Positions 8,935 through 18,874 of a stretch of DNA of 62,650 nucleotides are shown in pieces. The notes under the pieces are model-generated. The model worked only from the letters and a program-made list of their open reading frames with translations. It did not search any database and was not told where the DNA came from. The DNA comes from an uncultured Faecalibacterium sp. (lineage in GTDB: Bacteria; Bacillota; Clostridia; Oscillospirales; Ruminococcaceae), in the NCBI GenBank assembly GCA_900765705.1, contig CAAFSR010000019.1, positions 1-62,650 on the forward strand, in the 5' to 3' direction. The stretch's first letter is position 1; each line of letters opens with the position of its first letter. Both the position numbers and the translations under genes were made by a program.

Positions 8935-9750
8935 TTACTGCCACACCTGCGCACAGACTAGCTCCAGCACGCTGCCGGCAATGCAACGGGATTTATCCGA
9001 GATAAGGAAGCAGTTGGAAAGCTCTTCCCGCCGGGGGTCGATATCCGCGATCTTAAAGCCCGGTGTGACCGGGTAGCCGCTGCGCAGCTGCCCACGCAGA
9101 ATGCCGGGAATTTGCGCTGTGACCGGGATCTCTGATCCCTCCGGAGTGCGGATGGTGGCAATAACTTCGCCCTTCTCCACCAGATCGCCGATCTTACACA
9201 CGTTCATAAAAACGCCGGCGGACTGTGCATGGAGCACCCGCTCTGCGCCGTACCCGCCAATGACACCGGGGATACCGGTATTGGGGATAGCACTCCCCTC
9301 CCGGATGATCCTGCCCAGCCGGTGCCCGCGCTTGGTCTCCACTACTGCGTCCACGTCCTGTCCGGCAATAAAGCCGGGGCCAAGCGCAATGGTCAGCGGT
9401 GCCATGTCCCGGCGGGTGCCAAGGTTGCATTTAGCCAGAATAGCATCCACTACGACCTCCGGCTTTGCCCGGGCAATACAGACCCCCTCCGGGTCAACGA
9501 GCACCGGAACAGCGCCCTGTGCCCATACGGAGTCCGCCTGTTCCAACGCTTCGATACGGACAGCGCGCAGCCCTTCAACTGTGGCTTCACCTTCATAGAC
9601 CGCCTCGCACAGGGCTACCTGACGGCGGATGGCTGCGGGCTGTGTTGTTTCCAGTACCAGCACCCGCAGCCCAGCGCTCCATAACCGGTGGATGGTGCCG
9701 GTGGCAAGGTCGCCGCCGCCGCGCACAATGATCAGAGCATCTTTTTTCAT
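8935..9750 (-). CDS. yqeB: Selenium-dependent molybdenum hydroxylase system protein YqeB
   Basis: IVRGGGDLATG, VVDAILAK-NLGT, ETKRGHRLG, KIADIDPR and ISDKSRCIAGSVL motifs; ATG at 9750 overlaps the xdhC stop. Confidence 0.93.
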   Translation of the reverse strand: MKKDALIIVRGGGDLATGTIHRLWSAGLRVLVLETTQPAAIRRQVALCEAVYEGEATVEGLRAVRIEALEQADSVWAQGAVPVLVDPEGVCIARAKPEVVVDAILAKCNLGTRRDMAPLTIALGPGFIAGQDVDAVVETKRGHRLGRIIREGSAIPNTGIPGVIGGYGAERVLHAQSAGVFMNVCKIGDLVEKGEVIATIRTPEGSEIPVTAQIPGILRGQLRSGYPVTPGFKIADIDPRREELSNCFLISDKSRCIAGSVLELVCAQVWQ

Positions 9751-10802
9751 GTCGTTTCCTCCCCGGAACAAAGCGTCTGCAAAAGTACCTCCATCGAGCC
9801 GCCGCAGGCAGCAATGGCTGCATCCTCGTTTTTGCCATCGGCCGAAAGCTGCAGGCATTGCAATGCGGGCGCATCCTGAGCAAAAAGCTTCAAAGCAGCC
9901 TGCACCGTGTAATGCTCCATAATACCGCCGCCCACACTGCCCACAGTACTGCCATCGGGCAGAATGAGCATCTTTGCCCCCACATCCCGCGGGGTAGAGC
10001 CGTGACGTGCAATGATGGTAGCCAGCACTGCTGGGGTGTGGGCTTTTTCTGCCTGTACTATAGCGTCCAGCAATGCGATGGGATACCCCTCGGTCTGCGG
10101 ACGTGCGTTTTTGGTCTGCACGATCTGCGCAAGGATAGAAAGCGCGATCTCTGCAGCCGTCTGCGCACCGATGCTGATGCCGATAGGCGCACAAATCGAC
10201 TCTACCCGTTGGCTGTCCAGCCCGGCCTCCAGCAGTTGACGGCGCACCAGTGCGGCACGCCCACGGCTGCCCATCATGCCCACATAGGCCGCAGGCTTTT
10301 GCAGGATTTGGGTAAGGCAATCCAGATCAAAAGCATGGGAGCGGGTCAGCACCGCAAAATAGGTCTCTGCCCCGCCGGGCACATCCTGAAGCGCCTGCGT
10401 AAAGGGAGCGCAGAGCACGGTATCTGCTCCGGCAGCGCGCAGCTGCCGGGCAAATTCCTCCCGGTCGTCTATGGCAAGTACCGGCAGGTCAAGAAGCTTT
10501 GCCTGCCTTACAACGGCAGCAGCCACATGACCGCCGCCGCAGACCACCAGCTGTGGCACTGCGCCAAAGCGCTCGGTAAACACCCTTTGCCCGTCCAGCG
10601 TAAGAAAGCCTGTGGCGGTACAGTCCTGCAGGGCGGCAAGCTGCCGCTGCAAAAGCCCGGCATTTTGGGTCTGCCACACGGCGTTTCCGTCCCGCAGCAG
10701 CAGCTGACTGCCGGTCTCCGGACCTTCCAGCACGGTAACAAGCGTATAGCTGCCGGTCCGGCCTGTGCTTTGCAGAACATCTGCAAGCGTTTGTTTGTTC
10801 AT
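9747..10802 (-). CDS. xdhC: XdhC/CoxI family molybdenum-cofactor maturation chaperone
   Basis: Rossmann-like VCGGGHVA...YVGMMGSR...APIGISIGA region, plus GSTPRDVGAKM...GSVGGG...CGG CoxI-type domain. Confidence 0.88.
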   Translation of the reverse strand: MNKQTLADVLQSTGRTGSYTLVTVLEGPETGSQLLLRDGNAVWQTQNAGLLQRQLAALQDCTATGFLTLDGQRVFTERFGAVPQLVVCGGGHVAAAVVRQAKLLDLPVLAIDDREEFARQLRAAGADTVLCAPFTQALQDVPGGAETYFAVLTRSHAFDLDCLTQILQKPAAYVGMMGSRGRAALVRRQLLEAGLDSQRVESICAPIGISIGAQTAAEIALSILAQIVQTKNARPQTEGYPIALLDAIVQAEKAHTPAVLATIIARHGSTPRDVGAKMLILPDGSTVGSVGGGIMEHYTVQAALKLFAQDAPALQCLQLSADGKNEDAAIAACGGSMEVLLQTLCSGEETT

Positions 10803-10822
10803 TGGTGTCCCTCTTCCTCTAT

Positions 10823-11053
10823 TTATTGCTCCACCTGCGTTACTTTATCAAATTGCGTTTTATCCAGCCCGGCCTGCCAGCTTTTCCAGTCCTCCGGCAG
10901 CATTCGCCATGCAAGCCCGCATCCCGCTGAGATCTCCCGCGGCAGCGGGATCAGACGTCCGGGTATCTGCCGGACAAGGCATTGCTTTTCCCATTCCATA
11001 GCCTCCAAGGTAGTGCGGAAGGAAAGCACGATGTAGCTTCGTTTTATTCGCAT
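10823..11053 (-). CDS. DUF3343-like small protein (putative Se/S carrier)
   Basis: SFRTTLEAM...LIPLPREISAGCGLA motif; GGAG SD; overlaps the end of the desulfurase gene. Confidence 0.8.
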   Translation of the reverse strand: MRIKRSYIVLSFRTTLEAMEWEKQCLVRQIPGRLIPLPREISAGCGLAWRMLPEDWKSWQAGLDKTQFDKVTQVEQ

Positions 11054-12192
11054 AAAAGCTCCTGAGCAAGTGTACAGACTGCCTGCGCTGCCTGCCGCGC
11101 CTCCTGTTCGGTATTGAAGTGAGAAAAGCTGAACCGTACCACACCCTGCTCTGCAGTGCCAAGGGCCTTGTGCATCAGCGGGGCGCAGTGTGCTCCGGCA
11201 CGCACGCAGATGCCGTAGTCCTCCCACAGGATATCTGCCACCCGGGCAGAATCTTCCTGCCCGATGTTCAGCGCTATAATGGGCGCACGGGGCTGCATGG
11301 TCATATCACCATACACTGTTACGCCCGGCGCAGTGCATACCTGCTCATAAAACAGGCGGGCAAGGGCGTTTTCCCGGGCGGCAAGTTTTTCTACGCCCTG
11401 TTCCAGCAGCCAGCGCACCCCGGCGCACAGCCCTGCAAGGCCGTGTACGTTCAGCGTACCGGCTTCCAGTGCGGTGGGCATCTGCAAGGGATGCGTTTCG
11501 TCAAAGCTATGCACGCCGCTGCCGCCCACAAGGAGCGGTGCGAGCTGTAACCCGGGGCGCACATAGGCCCCGCCGGTGCCCTGCGGCCCCAAAAGCGCTT
11601 TGTGCCCGGTAAAGCACAGTGCGTCTATGCCAAGCTGCTGCACATCAATGGGCTGTGCGCCGGCGGTCTGGGCTGCATCTACGATCAGCAGCAGCCCATG
11701 CCGATGGGCAAACTCCGCTGCACGGGCAAGGCTGGTGCCGTTGCCGGTCACATTGGAGGCCCCCGTCACCACCAGTGCCCGGGTCGTGGGGCGCAGCAGC
11801 GTTTCCCATTGGTCGTAGCGCAGCCGGGCAGCTGCATCCACACCTGTAAAGGATACTTCTATCCCATGTTCCCGCAACCTGTACAGCGGACGCAGAACAG
11901 AGTTATGCTCGCATACCGTCGTGATGACATGGTCACCCGGATGCAGCACACCGTTCAGTACGGTATTCAGCGCCATGGTTGCGTTGGCGGCAAAAATGAT
12001 GCAGGAAGGGTCTGGTGCATGGAAAAGCTCTGCCAAGGCCAGACGGGTGTCCAGCACGATCCGTGCGGCGTGAAGGGTCGGCTCGTGCGCGCCGCGCCCG
12101 GGGTTGCCCGCCGTGTGCAGAGCCTCCAAAACGGCCTGTTCCACCTGTGGGGGCTTATGCAGGGTAGTGGCCGCATTATCCAGATAGATCAC
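11044..12192 (-). CDS. Cysteine desulfurase / selenocysteine lyase-like PLP enzyme (class V)
   Basis: YLDNAATT, DAAQTAG, TGHK (PLP lysine) and the group II catalytic RAGAHCA motif. Confidence 0.9.
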   Translation of the reverse strand: MIYLDNAATTLHKPPQVEQAVLEALHTAGNPGRGAHEPTLHAARIVLDTRLALAELFHAPDPSCIIFAANATMALNTVLNGVLHPGDHVITTVCEHNSVLRPLYRLREHGIEVSFTGVDAAARLRYDQWETLLRPTTRALVVTGASNVTGNGTSLARAAEFAHRHGLLLIVDAAQTAGAQPIDVQQLGIDALCFTGHKALLGPQGTGGAYVRPGLQLAPLLVGGSGVHSFDETHPLQMPTALEAGTLNVHGLAGLCAGVRWLLEQGVEKLAARENALARLFYEQVCTAPGVTVYGDMTMQPRAPIIALNIGQEDSARVADILWEDYGICVRAGAHCAPLMHKALGTAEQGVVRFSFSHFNTEQEARQAAQAVCTLAQELLCE

Positions 12193-12803
12193 GGCTTTAC
12201 CACATTCCCGGCCTGCGTCAGCTTTTCGGCAATCGTATACATATTGGTCACGCTGCCAACGGCCAGTTTCTCAGTAAGGCCGTAGAAATTCAGACAGGTG
12301 CCGCAGGTCAGGATCTCCACGCCCTGTGCTTCCAGTGCCTTGAGATCCTCCAGCATGGCAGAGCCTTCGCAGGTCAGCGCTGCGCCGCCGTTATAGAACA
12401 GGATGGTCTTGGGCAGCTTGTCCTGCTGGGTCAGTGCAAACACAAAGGCCTTGAGCAGGGTCTTACCCAGTTCCTCGCTGCCGTCCCCCATCGTGGCAGA
12501 GGCAATGGCCACAACCGTATCGGTACGGGCATCCGGTGTGCAGACGGGGGCCTGCTCTGCCGGAGCGCTTACTGCTTCGCCCAGTGTGAACAGCACACGG
12601 TATTTGCGCTCTTCCAACTTTTCGGCACTGTACTGATAGCCCTTCTGCTGTGCCATCTTGGTCAGGTTCTGCACGGCGATCTCGTTATCCACCAGAACCT
12701 CCACCTGTCCTGCACCCTGCAGCTCGGAAATAGCCTTTTTCGCTTTGACAACAGGCAGCGGGCAGGCATCGCCCAGTGCATCCACTTTGATAAATTCAGC
12801 CAT
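12189..12803 (-). CDS. yedF: Sulfurtransferase-like selenium metabolism protein YedF (TusA + DsrE domains)
   Basis: N-terminal DALGDACPLPVV (CPxP); C-terminal ILTCGTCLNFYGL...VGSVTNMY. Confidence 0.9.
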   Translation of the reverse strand: MAEFIKVDALGDACPLPVVKAKKAISELQGAGQVEVLVDNEIAVQNLTKMAQQKGYQYSAEKLEERKYRVLFTLGEAVSAPAEQAPVCTPDARTDTVVAIASATMGDGSEELGKTLLKAFVFALTQQDKLPKTILFYNGGAALTCEGSAMLEDLKALEAQGVEILTCGTCLNFYGLTEKLAVGSVTNMYTIAEKLTQAGNVVKP

Positions 12804-12817
12804 GCTGATTGCTCCTC

Positions 12818-13855
12818 TCATTTGTCTGTTACGGTGATCTCGATTTCCTGCTTCGGCAGGATCTCTCCAACGATGCTTGCGGGCAGCCCTGCGGCGCGCA
12901 GCGCCTGTTCCAGTGCCGCTGCATCCGCCGGGTCTACCGCCAGCAGCAGCCCGCCGGAGGTCTGCGGGTCGAACAAAACTTCCTCCATGGCAAAGCTTAC
13001 GTTTTCGAACCGGACGAACGGCCCGGTATGGTTGCGGTTGCGCTGCCCGGCGGCAGTATACAAAAACGCATCCGCGGCTTTTTCAGCACCCGGCAGCACC
13101 GGCACGGCATTTGCATGGATGACGCAGGAAAGCCTGCCGCCCATCATTTCGTGCAGGTGTCCCAGAAAGCTGAAGCCGGTCACATCTGTAGCGGCATGGA
13201 CGCGGTACCTGCGGCTGAGCTCTGCCGCCGTTTTGTTCAGGGTGGTCATGGAGGAGATGGCAGCTTCCATCTCCTCGGTGGTCGCTTCGCCCACGCGGTT
13301 TGCCGTGCACAGCAGCCCTACACCCAAAGCCTTGGTCAATACCAGCTTGTCACCGGGTATGCCGGTATCATTCGTGTACATGCGGTGCGGGTCTACAAGG
13401 CCGGTCACGGATAGACCGTATTTCACCCCGCTGTCTGCAATGGAGTGCCCGCCTGCAAGACTGCCGCCGGCTTCTGCTACCTTTTCAGCACCGCCGCGCA
13501 AAATCTCGCCCAATACGTTCAGATCCATATCCTCCGGGAAGCAGACCAGATTCAGGGCGGTCTTTACCTCGCCGCCCATGGCGTAGACATCGCTCAGGGC
13601 GTTCGTGGCTGCAATTTGCCCAAAGGTATACGGGTCGTCCACCATCGGCGGAAAAAAGTCCACAGTCTGTACCAGCGCAACGTCATCTGTAATGCGGTAG
13701 ACTGCGGCGTCATCCCGGCTGTCGTAACCGACCAGAAGATCCGGGTCTTTTTCGCCCCGGGGCAGCTTTTCCAGAATACGGCTCAGTACCCCGGCGCCCA
13801 GCTTTGCGGTGCAGCCGCCGCCGGTACAGAATACGATCTTATCTTCCTTACTCAT
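12818..13855 (-). CDS. selD: Selenide, water dikinase (selenophosphate synthetase), Cys-type
   Basis: [36 protein letters not shown] and DPQTSGGLL motifs; no in-frame TGA. Confidence 0.96.
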   Translation of the reverse strand: MSKEDKIVFCTGGGCTAKLGAGVLSRILEKLPRGEKDPDLLVGYDSRDDAAVYRITDDVALVQTVDFFPPMVDDPYTFGQIAATNALSDVYAMGGEVKTALNLVCFPEDMDLNVLGEILRGGAEKVAEAGGSLAGGHSIADSGVKYGLSVTGLVDPHRMYTNDTGIPGDKLVLTKALGVGLLCTANRVGEATTEEMEAAISSMTTLNKTAAELSRRYRVHAATDVTGFSFLGHLHEMMGGRLSCVIHANAVPVLPGAEKAADAFLYTAAGQRNRNHTGPFVRFENVSFAMEEVLFDPQTSGGLLLAVDPADAAALEQALRAAGLPASIVGEILPKQEIEITVTDK

Positions 13856-14553
13856 GCACGTTCTTCCTCTTCAAAATGCGTCAGCACGCACGAAATGCCA
13901 TGCTGACGCAAAAGCTGTTGTATCTGTACCCCCTGCTGCTGCAACTCTGGTGTGTCGGCCTGATTGAGTACAGTGTAAAACTGCCGGTCTCCCACCGCCT
14001 TGCGGCCACCCTGCGCACTTGCAAGCAGCTGCGCCAGCATAGGCGGCGTAAGGGGGGCATCCGCCGCAGCTGCTAAAAACTGCGGGCGGATGATATCGTA
14101 ACGGAAGCAAACCTCCCGCAAGGGCTTGCCCAGCGCCGAAAGTCCTGCTACCGCCAAAACGATGTCGCTTTGGGGCAGCAGCACCGGCTCGTGTGCCGCC
14201 GGGAGCTTGCAGGGATAGTGCTTTGCACCGTCTGCCTCTATAAACACCGCATCTGCCTGCACCATCCGATGCAAAAGCTGCTGCGGAGGCAGGGTCAGCT
14301 TACCGTTTTCAGCCGGTGTACCGATCACTGCATATTGACCCGCCTGCCATAGGGTAGCAAGCGCTGCATCGTCCGGTGCATAGCAGACGGCCGGCTGCCG
14401 GATATGCGTGGTCGTGGTCACAAGCACCCGCCAGCCCTTGCGGGCACAGTGGGTTGCCATGGCGTACAACAGGGTGGTTTTCCCCCCGCCGCCTACCAGA
14501 GAAACGATATGGCCCTTCTCTGCCAGAAACGGAAACTCTTTTTCGTTCAGCAT
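13852..14553 (-). CDS. yqeC: Selenium cofactor biosynthesis protein YqeC
   Basis: [16 protein letters not shown] and IEADGAK-x2-CKLPAAHEP motifs. Confidence 0.92.
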   Translation of the reverse strand: MLNEKEFPFLAEKGHIVSLVGGGGKTTLLYAMATHCARKGWRVLVTTTTHIRQPAVCYAPDDAALATLWQAGQYAVIGTPAENGKLTLPPQQLLHRMVQADAVFIEADGAKHYPCKLPAAHEPVLLPQSDIVLAVAGLSALGKPLREVCFRYDIIRPQFLAAAADAPLTPPMLAQLLASAQGGRKAVGDRQFYTVLNQADTPELQQQGVQIQQLLRQHGISCVLTHFEEEERA

Positions 14554-14559
14554 CTGCCT

Positions 14560-16848
14560 TTACTGCTTTGCAGCAACTGCCATGGCGATCTGCTCCGGGG
14601 TAATGGGCAGCTCGTAGAAGCGGGTGCCGATGGCGTTGTAGATGGCGTCCGAGATGGCAGGCAGCGGCGTATTGATGACTACCTCACCGATGGATTTTGC
14701 GCCAAAGGGACCGTTAGGCTCGTAACTATTCTCAAACTCCACATGGATGTGGCCGATGTCGTTGCGGGCAGGGATCTTGTACTGGAACAGAGAGTTCTCT
14801 GCAGGATAGCCGTTTTTGTCGTAGGTAATATTTTCGGTCAGGGTCATACCGATGCCCTGCAGGATGCCGCCCTCTGCCTGCACACGGGTCAGGTTGGGGT
14901 TGATGGGGGTGCCGCAGTCCACACAGGCGTCAAATTCCAGCACCTTCACCTCGCCGGTCTCGGTGTCCACCTCTACCTCGGCAGCACCGACCATATACGG
15001 CGGCGGCGACAAAGGCGAGGTGTGGGTCTCGGTGAATTCCAGCGGGACCATATGACCGAACTGAGAGGCAAAAGCAATCTCGGACAGGGTCTTTTGCCGG
15101 GTGGGGTCAGCACTTTCGAACACGACCTTACCGTCAAATTCCACGGCATCCGCCGGGCATTCCAGCAGTTCTGCGCCCAGCTTGCAGATCTGTTCCCGCA
15201 GTTTCAGTGCACACTTTTCGGTGGCCTTGCCGGTAACGTAGGTGGTGCTGGAAGCGTAGGAGCCGGAATCGTAGGGGGAGGAATCCGTATCCGCACCAAA
15301 GACGGTAATGTTATCCAGCGGGCAATCCAGCACTTCGGCGGCGATCTGCGCCAGCGTGGTATCGCAGCCCGTACCCATATCGGCTGCGCCGATCATCAGG
15401 GTATAGAAGCCATCATCGTTCAGCTTGAGGGTAGCACTGCCCACGTCCATGCCGGAGATGCCGGAACCCTGCATGGCCATACCCATACCAACGGCACGGA
15501 TCTTGCCGTTGCCCATATCCCGGGCGGGGTACTTGTGCTCCCAGTCGATCATCTCGCGCACTTTAAGTACGCACCGGTCCAGCGCGCAGCTGGTATTTAC
15601 AGCGCCGTAGTAGGCGGGCATCACATCGCCCTCCTGCACGGTGTTCTTCAGGCGCAGTGCAATGGGGTCCATGTTCAGCTTGGCTGCCAGCTCGTTGACG
15701 GCAGATTCCACCGCAAACAGGCCCTGCGTAGCGCCGTAGCCGCGGTATGCACCGGCAGACATATGGTTCGTGTACACCACATCGCTGACAAAACGGAAGG
15801 CCTCGGCCTTGCCGTACAGCGGAATGGACTTATGACCGGACAGACCCACGGTAGTGGGGCCGTGCTCGCCGTAAGCACCGGTGTTGGACAGAGTGTACAG
15901 GTCGATACCCTTCACGATGCCGTCCTTGGTCGCGCCCAAGCGGACGTGCATTTCCATCTCATGGCGCGGCGAGGAAGCCGTCTGGCTTTCCACACGGCTG
16001 AAGATGAGCTTGGAGGGCTTTTTGGTCATCCAAGTCACAAAGGCCGGGTATACCTCGCTGACGGCGGTCTGCTTTGCACCAAAGCCGCCGCCGATACGGG
16101 GCTTGGAGACACGCACCATGGATTTGGGAATGTGCAGTGCATTGGCGATGTTGCGGCGGGCATGGAAAACGATCTGGGTAGAGCTGAGCACATTCAGCCG
16201 GCCGTAAGTATCGATAGCGCAATAGGTACGGAAGGTCTCCATCATAGCCTGCTGGCAGGCCTTGGTGTGGTACACATGGTCGATGACCACATCACACCCG
16301 GCCAGCACAGCGTCGATATCGCCGCTGCCACATTCATCATGGGCGCAGAGGTTGCGCATGTTGTCGGCACCCACGGGAGCAAGGCTCTCCCAGTTGTCCT
16401 CCGGGTGCACAAGGATGGGGTTATCCTTGGCAGTATGGAAATCCAGAACGGCTTCCAGCACCTCGTAATCCACCCTGATAAGCTTCAGTGCCTTATCCAC
16501 GCACTTCTCATCTTTACCAGCTACGATGGCCACTATGTCCCCCACAAAGCGGACGTGGCGGTCGATGAGCAGGCGGTCGTAGGGGCTGGCCTCCGGGAAG
16601 GTCTGACCGGCCTGCGTATAGCGGCGGGCATCCTGCGGCACGTCCTCCCAAGTAAAAACAGCCTCGATGCCGGGCACTTTTTTGGCAACGGTGGTATCGA
16701 TGGTGCGGATGATGGCGTTTGCGTGGGGCGAGCGCAGCAGCTTGACGATCAGGCAATCCTGCGGGATAACGTCATCCATATAGACAGGCTGGCCGGTAAC
16801 CAGCTGCATCGCGTCTTTTTTGCGGAACGGTTTGTTGACGGTTTTCAC
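14560..16848 (-). CDS. Xanthine dehydrogenase-family molybdopterin-binding subunit (XdhD-like)
   Basis: RSPHANA, GGGFGAKQ, AYRGYGATQ, SYASSTT and GAKSIGE motifs; GTG start overlaps the 2Fe-2S gene stop, with GGAGG SD. Confidence 0.92.
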   Translation of the reverse strand: MKTVNKPFRKKDAMQLVTGQPVYMDDVIPQDCLIVKLLRSPHANAIIRTIDTTVAKKVPGIEAVFTWEDVPQDARRYTQAGQTFPEASPYDRLLIDRHVRFVGDIVAIVAGKDEKCVDKALKLIRVDYEVLEAVLDFHTAKDNPILVHPEDNWESLAPVGADNMRNLCAHDECGSGDIDAVLAGCDVVIDHVYHTKACQQAMMETFRTYCAIDTYGRLNVLSSTQIVFHARRNIANALHIPKSMVRVSKPRIGGGFGAKQTAVSEVYPAFVTWMTKKPSKLIFSRVESQTASSPRHEMEMHVRLGATKDGIVKGIDLYTLSNTGAYGEHGPTTVGLSGHKSIPLYGKAEAFRFVSDVVYTNHMSAGAYRGYGATQGLFAVESAVNELAAKLNMDPIALRLKNTVQEGDVMPAYYGAVNTSCALDRCVLKVREMIDWEHKYPARDMGNGKIRAVGMGMAMQGSGISGMDVGSATLKLNDDGFYTLMIGAADMGTGCDTTLAQIAAEVLDCPLDNITVFGADTDSSPYDSGSYASSTTYVTGKATEKCALKLREQICKLGAELLECPADAVEFDGKVVFESADPTRQKTLSEIAFASQFGHMVPLEFTETHTSPLSPPPYMVGAAEVEVDTETGEVKVLEFDACVDCGTPINPNLTRVQAEGGILQGIGMTLTENITYDKNGYPAENSLFQYKIPARNDIGHIHVEFENSYEPNGPFGAKSIGEVVINTPLPAISDAIYNAIGTRFYELPITPEQIAMAVAAKQ

Positions 16849-17315
16849 TGTACGACCTCCTTCTGCTTTTTCCATGCCAGAAAGCTCATGATGCCGCGCA
16901 GCTGGCCTTCGTAGCCGGAGCAGCGGCACAGGTTTCCAGCAAGGTATTCCTTCACCTGCTCCTCAGTGGGATACGGCTGCTCCCGGAACAGAGCCAGCGC
17001 GTTCATGATAAAGCCCGGGTTGCAGAAGCCGCACTGCTCTGCACCCTGATCTGCGATAAAGGCGCCAAACTCAGCAGCCTCCTCCTGCAGGCCCTCCAGC
17101 GTGGTAATCTTATGTCCATCGGCGCGGGCTGCCAGAACGGAGCAGGACAACACGGGCTTATCGTCCATAAACACCGTGCACAGACCGCAGTTGGAGGTTT
17201 CGCAGCCGCGCTTGACGCTCTTGCATCCATGTGCGCGGACAAAATCGATCAGAAGCATATCCGGGGCGATCTCCTCGGATACCCGGACACCGTTCAATGT
17301 AAGTGTGATCTGCAT
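16845..17315 (-). CDS. Xanthine dehydrogenase-family (2Fe-2S)-binding subunit
   Basis: KRGCETSNCGLC, QCGFCNPG and NLCRCSGY motifs. Confidence 0.94.
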   Translation of the reverse strand: MQITLTLNGVRVSEEIAPDMLLIDFVRAHGCKSVKRGCETSNCGLCTVFMDDKPVLSCSVLAARADGHKITTLEGLQEEAAEFGAFIADQGAEQCGFCNPGFIMNALALFREQPYPTEEQVKEYLAGNLCRCSGYEGQLRGIMSFLAWKKQKEVVQ

Positions 17316-18119
17316 TTACTTTTCCTCCTGCATTTTACGCTGTTCCAGCTCCAGCACTGCGCGCTTTGTCAGCACGCCCGCCAGGTGCTTACGGTATTCG
17401 GCGCTGCCGCGCATATTAGAGCCTGTAACGATCTGCGCCTTTACACTTTCGGCAATCTGCAAGGCAAGCTGCTCTGCCGCAAGGGCAGGCTCTGCCGGGA
17501 ACCCGAACCGCATGGCGCGCAGCGGACGCGCACCGATCACGATGCGGTAATCACCGGCTTCCATCCGGGCGACAGCACAGGTCAGCACCGGGATATCGGT
17601 CTGGCTGTTGCGAACCGACTGATAGTAGAGCTGCATCGGCGTCTTTTTTACGATCAGCCGTACCAGAACATCCCGGTCGTAGGGGCGCTGTACATATTCC
17701 TGCAGCGGCAGGATGCCGCCCTTGTACAGCTCCACATCACAGTCCATGGCAAGGAACATGGTCAGCACATCCGAAAAGCCAAACCGGCTATAGATGCTGC
17801 CGCCCACTGTTGCCAGATTGCGCAGCTGCACGCCCACGATATGGCGCACAGCCTCCCGCATGGCTCCGTGGGTGTAGGCAGCAAGCCCCGGATGCTGCTC
17901 CAGCTGGCGCAGGGTGACCATGGCACCGATGGAAAAGCTATCCTCGGTCTCCTCAATGGTATCCAGCCCCAGACCGGAAAGGTCGATGGCGGTGCCGACA
18001 TTGATGGTTTCCATCTTCAGCCAGATCATGCCGCCCAAAATGCGGTTTGGCTTTTTCTGGTTCAGCTGCCACGCTTCCTCCAGACTTTCTGCCCGCTTGT
18101 ATTCTCGGATCGTCATCAT
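17316..18119 (-). CDS. Xanthine dehydrogenase-family FAD-binding subunit (YgfM-like)
   Basis: ESLEEA, IGAMVTL, QLRNLATVGG and RGSAEYRKHL motifs. Confidence 0.9.
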   Translation of the reverse strand: MMTIREYKRAESLEEAWQLNQKKPNRILGGMIWLKMETINVGTAIDLSGLGLDTIEETEDSFSIGAMVTLRQLEQHPGLAAYTHGAMREAVRHIVGVQLRNLATVGGSIYSRFGFSDVLTMFLAMDCDVELYKGGILPLQEYVQRPYDRDVLVRLIVKKTPMQLYYQSVRNSQTDIPVLTCAVARMEAGDYRIVIGARPLRAMRFGFPAEPALAAEQLALQIAESVKAQIVTGSNMRGSAEYRKHLAGVLTKRAVLELEQRKMQEEK

Positions 18120-18211
18120 GTGCAGTACCTCTCTTTTCTATCTCTGCTTTTATTTTATCACAGCTTTCGGTATAATACTATTATAAAATGCTGCTGAAGG
18201 GGTGTTTTTGT

Positions 18212-18871
18212 ATGAAGAAGTCGCTTACGGTCGGCTGCGTGATCATGGCCTCCGGGCTGAGCCGCCGGTTTGGCTCAAACAAGCTGTTGGCAGATTTTTG
18301 CGGGCAGCCCATGCTCTGCCGTGCTTTTGCCGCTACCGCTGCGCCCGGTATTGCTGCCCGCATTGTGGTGACCCGCTCGGAGGCCGTGCAGGCCCTGTGC
18401 AATGCGCACGGCGTTCCGGTGCTGCTGCACAGCCTGCCCGGCCGCAACGATACCGTCCGTCTGGGGCTTTCAGCGCTGCTGGAACAGCTGCCGGAACTGA
18501 GCGGCTGTATGTTTCTGCCCGGAGATCAGCCTTTGCTGCGCCGGGAAACGGTAGAAGCCATGACCGCCCTTTTCAGCCGTGAGCAGCCCGCCCCGGCAGA
18601 ATGGCAAAAAGAAACAGAACGGAAGATCTTCCGTCTGGGTGCCGTGGCCGAAAACGACCCGACACCTGTTGTCGGAAGTCCCGTTCTGTTTGGAAGCAGC
18701 TTCTTTCCGGAGCTGCTCGCCCTGCCGGAAAACAAAGGCGGCAATGTGCTGCTTAAAAAGTACCCTGCGCGGGTACATACCGTCTGTATTGCAGCGCCTG
18801 CGGAACTGCAGGATGCAGACACCCCACAGGCGCTGCAGCAGCTGGAAGTCCTTGCCCTGCAAAAAGGCTGA
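18212..18871 (+). CDS. MocA-like molybdenum cofactor nucleotidyltransferase
   Basis: IMASGLSRRFGSNKLL, LPGDQP, SPVLF and DADTP motifs; divergent from the xdh operon. Confidence 0.85.
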   Translation: MKKSLTVGCVIMASGLSRRFGSNKLLADFCGQPMLCRAFAATAAPGIAARIVVTRSEAVQALCNAHGVPVLLHSLPGRNDTVRLGLSALLEQLPELSGCMFLPGDQPLLRRETVEAMTALFSREQPAPAEWQKETERKIFRLGAVAENDPTPVVGSPVLFGSSFFPELLALPENKGGNVLLKKYPARVHTVCIAAPAELQDADTPQALQQLEVLALQKG

Positions 18872-18874
18872 GTT

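Noticed and set aside
8935..18119. Selenocysteine (in-frame TGA/SECIS) in selD, yedF or the Xdh subunits
   Set aside because: All frames are open and full-length, with Cys at the catalytic positions; TGA occurs only as terminal stops
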